A DNA stretch of 64,000 nt from Acidimicrobiia bacterium (GTDB lineage Bacteria; Actinomycetota; Acidimicrobiia; Spongiisociales; ZC4RG35): NCBI GenBank assembly GCA_965209025.1, contig OZ242375.1, positions 258,302 through 322,301 on the forward strand, given 5' to 3'. This document shows, one piece after another, positions 56,396-64,000 of this stretch; position 1 is the stretch's first letter, and each line of letters begins with the position of its first letter. The translations under genes were made by a program, and so were the position numbers. The notes below the pieces were generated by a model, which was not told the origin of the DNA, did not search any database, and saw only the letters and a program-made list of their open reading frames with translations.

Positions 56396-56450
56396 GACGA
56401 TGCCGGAGCTGCCACGGTCTTCCGTGTAAGCTTCGGCATCGTCTCTTTAA
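56396..56450 (+). terminator. Stem-loop (about 13-bp imperfect stem) plus U-rich tail between the SBP gene and livH: candidate partial terminator/attenuator
   Basis: GACGATGCCGGAGC...GCTTCGGCATCGTC followed by tctttaagg. Confidence 0.3.
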
Positions 56451-56467
56451 GGCTTTAAGGAGCGGCA

Positions 56468-57576
56468 ATGGCGAGCGCGAGCATGTGGGTTCCCAGAACC
56501 AAGGTCGACTGGTTTCTGACGGTCCTGCGAGTCCTCGCTCTTACCGTGGTCACCGTGGGCCTGCTGGCGTTCATCGCCCAGCAGATAAATGTCGACAACC
56601 CCTTTGCCCGGGTAGTGAATCCCGACGCCACGGGTCTCACCGGTCCCCAGTTCCGGGGTTTGGTGATCTCGGGGTTTGCGCAGGGGGCAATGTACGGGTT
56701 GATCGCCCTGGGCTATTCGATGGTCTACGGTGTGCTCGGGTTTATCAACTTCGCGCACGGGGAGGTGTTCATGGTCGGGGCCATGACCGGGATGATCACC
56801 TCCAACAAATTGGACGACGCGGGCCTGTGGGAGACCAACTTCATCGGGTCGCTGCTCTTCATCGTGGCAGTGTCCATGTTGGTCTGCACCCTGACCGCGG
56901 TGATCATGGAGAGGGTTGCTTACCGACCCCTCAGAAAGGCGCCCCGCCTTATCCCGCTGATCACCTCGATCGGCATCTCCTTCTTCATCCAGAACACGTC
57001 GGTGGTGCTGTTGGGCCCGACCAGCAAGGCATACCCCGACATGCCCGATTGGCTCACCGCCAAGCGCACTTTCCTGGAGATCGAAGGCACCAAGATCATG
57101 GTGATTTGCGTGGCGGCGGTGGCGATGCTGGGTCTGTGGCTCCTAGTCGAGCGCACCAAGACCGGCAAGGCGATGCGAGCCGTCGCCGAGGACCAGGAGA
57201 TCGCCGGGCTCATGGGCGTGGACGTCAACCGCACCATCGTAAAGGTCTTCGCGGTAGGCGGCGCCATGGCCGGGGTGGCCGGCATCCTGTGGGGGGTCCT
57301 GTTCCGGAGCGTCATCCACTACACGGGATTCCTGCCCGGAATCAAGGCCTTCAGTTCGGCGGTGGTGGGGGGCATCGGCAACCTGGGAGGCTCCATGGCC
57401 GGCGGACTGTTCATCGGCCTGGCCGAGTCGACCGGGCCCCTGCTGATCCTGGAACCGCTGGGCGTCAGCGGGGTGTCGCAACTGCGGGACGCGGTCGCCT
57501 TCGCCATGCTGATCGGCGTCTTGCTCCTCAAACCCAGCGGCCTGTTCGGCGAACGCCTGTCGGCTGAGGACCGGGC

Positions 57577-57580
<4 letters not shown>
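56468..57580 (+). CDS. livH: Branched-chain amino-acid ABC transporter permease LivH
   Basis: AAGGAG SD. LivH-type TM topology, including a GL..G..MG.MIT-like segment. Confidence 0.85.
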
Positions 57581-59390
<1,810 letters not shown>

Positions 59391-59394
<4 letters not shown>

Positions 59395-60179
59395 ACGGAA
59401 CACCTCTTCTCGACATCCGCAACCTGACTGTGGAGTTTGGAGGCCTTCGCGCCCTGGACGGAGTCGACATCCAGGTGAACGAGGGAGAGATAGTCTCGGT
59501 CATCGGTCCGAACGGGGCGGGAAAGACCACCCTCTTCAACGCCATAACCGCCTCGGTGGAAGCCAACGGGGAGATCCTCTTCGAGGGGGAGACCCTGCTG
59601 GGTCTCGATCCCAACCAGGTGACCTCCAGGGGCGTGGCCCGGACGTTTCAGAACGTCCGCCTCTTCGCCAACATGACGGTGCTCGAGAACGTGATGGTCT
59701 CCCAGCACTGCCGGACCAAGCAGGGCACGTTCGGCGCGCTCTTTTACACGAAGGCCTTCCGGCAGGAGGAGGCCGAGATCCGCGCCCGGGCGGAGAAGAT
59801 CCTCGGCTTCTTCGGGACCCGCCTGGTGGGGTTCCGGCTTGACCAACCCGCCGCGGTGCTCTCCTATGCCAACCGTCGCCGGCTGGAGATCGCCCGGGCC
59901 ATGGCCACCCAGCCCAAGCTGTTGTTGCTCGACGAGCCGGTGGCGGGAATGAACCCGGTCGAGTCGGCCGAACTCACCGGTCTGATCGGTCGCCTTCGGG
60001 AGGAGTGGGGCTTCACGATCGTGGTCATAGAACACGATATGGAGGTTGTGCGGGAGGTGTCCGATCGGGTGATCGTTCTCGACCACGGCGTCATGATCGC
60101 CGACGGGGACTACGAGGAGGTCTCGTCCGATCCTCGCGTTATAGAGGCTTATCTGGGTCACGGGGCCACGACCAAATGA
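59391..60179 (+). CDS. livG: ABC transporter ATP-binding protein LivG
   Basis: Walker A GPNGAGKTT, ABC signature LSYANRRRLEIARA, Walker B LLLLDEP. Confidence 0.9.
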
Positions 60180-60907
60180 CAGACTCCAAGCCCCTGTTGG
60201 AGATGCGTTCGGTCAATGCCCACTACGGCGCCGTCCATGCCTTGAAAGACGTGGACCTGGCCATTTACGAGGGCGAGCTGGTGTGCCTGCTGGGCGGAAA
60301 CGCCAGCGGGAAATCCACCACCCTCAAGACATTGCTCGGCATGCTGATCCCCACCTCGGGCGACGTCCTCCTGGACGGCGAAGTGGTGACCGACCGCCCG
60401 ATCAGCTACCGGGTACGCAAGGGCGTGACCATGGTTCCGGAGAACCGACGCCTGTTCAAGCGCCTGAGCGTGAGGGACAACCTGGAACTGGGCGCCTACC
60501 TGCGGAAGGACACCGGACAGATCGCAGCCGACATGGAGCGGGTCTTCGAGTTGTTCCCCCGCGTCAAGGAACGCCTGACTCAGAAGGCGGGCACGCTGTC
60601 GGGGGGAGAACAGCAGATGGTGGCCATAGGCCGGGCGCTCATGGCGGGACCTCGGGTCCTGTTGATGGATGAGCCTTCCATGGGTCTGGCGCCGGCACTG
60701 GTGCAGCAGAATTTCGAGTTGATCCAGCAGATTCACGAAGCGGGCATGACGGTGTTCATGGTGGAACAGAACGCCAACATGGCTCTCTCCATCGCCGACC
60801 GCGGCTGGGTGCTGCAGACCGGGCGCGTGGTGTTGGACGACTCGGCCCAGAACCTGCTGGCCCATCCTGACCTGCGCACCTCCTACCTGGGTGGTGGAGA
60901 CTCCTGA
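60176..60907 (+). CDS. livF: ABC transporter ATP-binding protein LivF
   Basis: ATG 60176 overlaps the livG stop. Walker A GGNASGKST, signature LSGGEQQMVAIGRA, Walker B LLMDEP. Confidence 0.9.
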   Translation: MTDSKPLLEMRSVNAHYGAVHALKDVDLAIYEGELVCLLGGNASGKSTTLKTLLGMLIPTSGDVLLDGEVVTDRPISYRVRKGVTMVPENRRLFKRLSVRDNLELGAYLRKDTGQIAADMERVFELFPRVKERLTQKAGTLSGGEQQMVAIGRALMAGPRVLLMDEPSMGLAPALVQQNFELIQQIHEAGMTVFMVEQNANMALSIADRGWVLQTGRVVLDDSAQNLLAHPDLRTSYLGGGDS

Positions 60908-60921
60908 CCCGTCCTTCACCG

Positions 60922-61833
60922 ATGGCGGATCACCTAGCTCCCGACGGGGTGCGATCGATCGATCTGGAGGGCCGACATCTCGATTTGAGATCAACCCTGG
61001 CGCCCTTGGGAAAGATGGTCGCCCGTTTCAACGAGGGCGGATGGTGGCGGGCTGCCCGGACCCCCGATGGTGCGGTCACCGTGCAGGTGAGCCGGCCGGA
61101 GAGAGGACGGGTGCTGATCAGGACGTGGGGCGAAGGGACCGACTGGGTCTGTGAACGGGCCGAACGCTGGGTGGGACTGGGTGACGAACCCCGGAGCTTT
61201 GTCACAGACCATCCCTTGGTCAGAAGACTGCATCACTTGAACCCGGGATGGCGATTCGGGGCCACCGGCCTGGTTTCCGAGGGGCTGTGGGCGGCGATCT
61301 TCGCCCAGAAGGTGACCGGACGGGAGGCGGCCAGGAGCATTCGTGCCCTGATCCGGAAGTGGGGAGAGCCGGCGCCGGGTCCGCAGGTGGGGGTGCGCCT
61401 CCTGCCTGATCCCCGAAGGCTGGCTTCGCTCGGCTATTACGACCTCCATCCGCTGGGGCTGGAGCGGAAGAGGGCGGTAACCCTTCTGAGGGCGGCCCAG
61501 TGGCACGATCGCATCGAGAAGACCGCTGATCTCCCATCCGGGGAGGCCCGGCTGTTCCTGGAACGGCTGCCCGGGATCGGCGAATGGACCTCGGCCAAGA
61601 CCGTGGCGATCAGCCACGGGGACGCCGACGCGGTGGCGGTGGGGGATTACCACCTCAAGAATGTGGTGGCGTGGCACATGACTGGTCGCCCGCGGGGGAC
61701 GGATGAGGAGATGATGGAACTGCTGGAGCCGTTTCGTCCGCATCGGGGGCGTGTGGTGAGGCTGCTGGAGAGGGCGGGAAAGGCGCCGCAGTTCGGACCG
61801 AGGATGCCATTGAGAGACTTCCGAAATCATTGA
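60922..61833 (+). CDS. HhH-GPD DNA glycosylase, AlkA (3-methyladenine glycosylase II)-like
   Basis: HhH-GPD motif (LPGIGEWTSAKTVAI...D). AlkA-like N-terminal domain. Confidence 0.65.
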   Translation: MADHLAPDGVRSIDLEGRHLDLRSTLAPLGKMVARFNEGGWWRAARTPDGAVTVQVSRPERGRVLIRTWGEGTDWVCERAERWVGLGDEPRSFVTDHPLVRRLHHLNPGWRFGATGLVSEGLWAAIFAQKVTGREAARSIRALIRKWGEPAPGPQVGVRLLPDPRRLASLGYYDLHPLGLERKRAVTLLRAAQWHDRIEKTADLPSGEARLFLERLPGIGEWTSAKTVAISHGDADAVAVGDYHLKNVVAWHMTGRPRGTDEEMMELLEPFRPHRGRVVRLLERAGKAPQFGPRMPLRDFRNH

Positions 61834-61882
61834 GCGGGGAGCCTTCGGGCGCGGTCCTGTGGGGGGCAGTTGGGTTGTTTGG

Positions 61883-63202
61883 TCAGGAGGCCCCGGCGAC
61901 GAAGGCGTGGATCAATTCCCCGACTCTCTCCGGATCCGTCAGGGCAGCGTGGTTGGTGTGGGGTACCACCTCGAGCGAGACGTGGTGGCCGCCCGCCAGC
62001 AAGGCCTCGGCAAAGCGTTGGGAGTGGAGAGGGAATATCAACTCGTCTTCATCACCCGTGACCAGCAGGAAGGAGCGCTCCGGATACCGGTCGGCCAAGG
62101 TGAGGGGGTTGAGTTCTCTCCACTCCACGGCTTGGTCCGGGGAGGCGCCGGTCAACAGGTAGAGGAACAGTTGCATGGCCATCAGGTCTCCCTGCTCGAG
62201 CAGGGATGCGAGGTTGGGTAGCTCTCCGACGAGGGCTTCGGCATCGAAGAAGTAGTCGGGGACGCCACCGTTCCACAGATCATCGAGGTCATATGGTCCA
62301 CCCAGCCCGATCATGCCCGCGATCTCACCAGAGGCATGGGGGCATCGTGGTGGAAGAGAGCGGTCGGTGAGGGTGGCAAGCGCGGCTAGGTGGGCTCCCG
62401 ACGAGTAGCCCAGCAGCCAGACCGGAGGGGCAGGCAGGGTCAAATGGTCCGCCGCCAGGTGCGGGGCGGCCGCCGCCAGGCAGGCCACCTCGCCTGCCAT
62501 GGAAGAGAGGCGGCGGAGCCGCAGCAGGGTTCGGTGTTCTCCGTTAATCGCCACCACCCCCCGGGAGGCGAGGTAGTGGGACAATTCCGAGAGTTGGGTG
62601 CGGTCACCGATGCTCCAGCCTCTTCCGAAGGTGAGGGTGATGACCGGGTAATTGCCCGGCTGGGTGGGAGCGTGAACGTCGGCGTACAGGCCGGGCATGA
62701 ACTCCACGGTGGAGACCGAGACTTCGTGGAAGGTTGGGGTGCTGACAGTCTCGGGTTCGGGAGCATGGGTGGTGGTCGTGGTTGTAGCGGCGGGGAGGGT
62801 GGTTGTGGTGGTGGTCGGATCGGGGGCAGTAGTAGTTGTGGTGGTGGCGGGGAGAGTTGTGGTGGGAGCAGTTGTCGTGGTGGGGGCTGTTGTGGTAGTA
62901 GTGGCCGGGAGAGTTGTGGTGGTGGTGGTGAGCGGGGGAGACGTGGAGGTCGTGGTCGCTCTCGTAGTCGCCGGTACGGCGGTGGTGGTTGTAGCGAGAG
63001 TGTTGTCCGGGGCGGCGGGGGAGGTGGGGCTGGAGGATGGAGGGGGAGAGGGTGGGTCCGGAGGAGTGATCGTCGTGGCTGAGGTGATCGAGGTGCTCGG
63101 GGCGGGTGGATCGGCGGGGGTCAGTGTGTCCTCCGATCCGGTGACGCATGCTCCCAGGAGCAACGGGGCCATTACCACCCAAGCCGTCAGTTTTCTCGGC
63201 AT
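61883..63202 (-). CDS. Alpha/beta-hydrolase lipoprotein with about 130-aa Thr/Pro-rich linker
   Basis: Start at ATG 63202 (MPRKLTAWVVMAPLLLGACV lipobox). Nucleophile elbow GYSSG, C-terminal His. The ORF-track start at 63466 is an over-extension. Confidence 0.7.
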   Translation of the reverse strand: MPRKLTAWVVMAPLLLGACVTGSEDTLTPADPPAPSTSITSATTITPPDPPSPPPSSSPTSPAAPDNTLATTTTAVPATTRATTTSTSPPLTTTTTTLPATTTTTAPTTTTAPTTTLPATTTTTTAPDPTTTTTTLPAATTTTTTHAPEPETVSTPTFHEVSVSTVEFMPGLYADVHAPTQPGNYPVITLTFGRGWSIGDRTQLSELSHYLASRGVVAINGEHRTLLRLRRLSSMAGEVACLAAAAPHLAADHLTLPAPPVWLLGYSSGAHLAALATLTDRSLPPRCPHASGEIAGMIGLGGPYDLDDLWNGGVPDYFFDAEALVGELPNLASLLEQGDLMAMQLFLYLLTGASPDQAVEWRELNPLTLADRYPERSFLLVTGDEDELIFPLHSQRFAEALLAGGHHVSLEVVPHTNHAALTDPERVGELIHAFVAGAS

Positions 63203-63278
63203 TTGTCCGGAGCGTAGAACTGTTCGGGAGCAATGTTGCCAGGCTATTCGTGAGGGTTCCCCCGGTAGTCTTGGATGG

Positions 63279-63965
63279 ATGGAGTTGGCCGCCGTCCGGG
63301 TGAAGTGGGCTCCGGGAAAGTGGACCACCCTGTGGCCGGCGGGTGATCCGGCTTCGAGGCACACCCTGATTCTGGCCCACGGCGCCGGGGCCGGCGCCGG
63401 CCACCCCTTGGTGACCGGACTCCGGGACCAACTGGTTGCAGCCGGAGCGTTTTGCGTCACCTTCAATTACCCGTATACCGAGGAGGGTCGCCGCCGTCCC
63501 GATCGGATCGACCGGCTATTGGCCTGCCACCGCGCGGTCGCCGACTGGGTTAGGGGCGAGGTGTGCGAGGCGCCGGTTTTGGCGGGCCGCTCCATGGGCG
63601 GCCGTATGGGTACTTACCTGGCTGCCGACGGCGATCCGGTCCGGGCCTTGGTGCTCTACGCCTATCCCCTCCATCTGCCCCGCCGACCCGACCGGCTCCG
63701 TTCCGAGCACCTGATCCGCATTTCGGTTCCCATGCTGTTCTTCCGGGGTAGTCGGGACGCCTTTGCCACTCCCGAACTGTTTGATCGGGAGGTGAGGCCT
63801 CTCAGAACGGCTACGGTGGTCGATCTGGAAGGGCTGGACCACTCGTTTCGCGGTCGGGGCCACCGGGCCGACGAAGTGAATCAGCGCCTGGCCGAGATGA
63901 CCGTCTCCTGGCTGGAGACTCTCGGTCCGAACGGCTTTGGAAAAAGCGCCCGGTCCGGGGCATAA
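63279..63965 (+). CDS. Alpha/beta-fold hydrolase (dienelactone hydrolase / KANL3-Tex30-like), about 228 aa
   Basis: HGAGAGAGHP oxyanion region, nucleophile elbow GRSMGG, C-terminal His (GLDHSF). Start uncertain (ATG 63279). Confidence 0.62.
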   Translation: MELAAVRVKWAPGKWTTLWPAGDPASRHTLILAHGAGAGAGHPLVTGLRDQLVAAGAFCVTFNYPYTEEGRRRPDRIDRLLACHRAVADWVRGEVCEAPVLAGRSMGGRMGTYLAADGDPVRALVLYAYPLHLPRRPDRLRSEHLIRISVPMLFFRGSRDAFATPELFDREVRPLRTATVVDLEGLDHSFRGRGHRADEVNQRLAEMTVSWLETLGPNGFGKSARSGA

Positions 63966-64000
63966 TTGCCTTTCCCCGAACAGGTATGGAGAAAACCACC

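Overview
This is about 64 kb of high-GC (by eye roughly 65-70%) actinobacterial-type chromosome. Most of it is housekeeping genes in an order typical of Actinobacteria. Reading left to right: thrS (3' end), then gltA and an EF-G-like GTPase on the minus strand, then the phosphatidylinositol-mannoside operon pgsA-patA-pimA, then pdxS-pdxT-yebC-ruvC-ruvA-ruvB-queA-tgt-yajC-secD-secF-rel-gloB-like-hisS-aspS-rarA-ppgK. After the island (next paragraph) come hflX, moaA, an AIM24/DUF124 protein, a DUF2237 protein, korB-korA, an amidase, a DUF3048 lipoprotein and a membrane protein on the minus strand. These are followed by a divergent Ni-superoxide dismutase pair (sodX/sodN), metG, two tandem EamA transporters, deoC, an aldehyde dehydrogenase plus a truncated ALDH-like partner, a branched-chain amino-acid ABC transporter whose substrate-binding protein is an in-frame tandem double, an AlkA-like glycosylase and two alpha/beta hydrolases.

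The conserved synteny is interrupted at about 24.7-34.6 kb, between the convergent 3' ends of ppgK and hflX, by a roughly 10 kb all-minus-strand segment that looks AT-richer and less GC3-biased than its flanks. It encodes (i) a 1500-aa secreted protein built from three nucleotide-identical families of Cys-containing tandem repeats, a poly-Thr spacer, beta-rich modules and a C-terminal HEXXHXXGXXH/Met-turn zinc metalloprotease domain. Downstream of it lie (ii) four tandem paralogous secreted proteins (about 370-410 aa) of a family I cannot assign, plus one internally deleted remnant. The paralogs share nearly identical signal-peptide-coding 5' ends and Pro-rich C-terminal tails around divergent cores. 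I consider this the most likely candidate for an undescribed system.

All calls are from reading translations and DNA by eye. No database searches were run.
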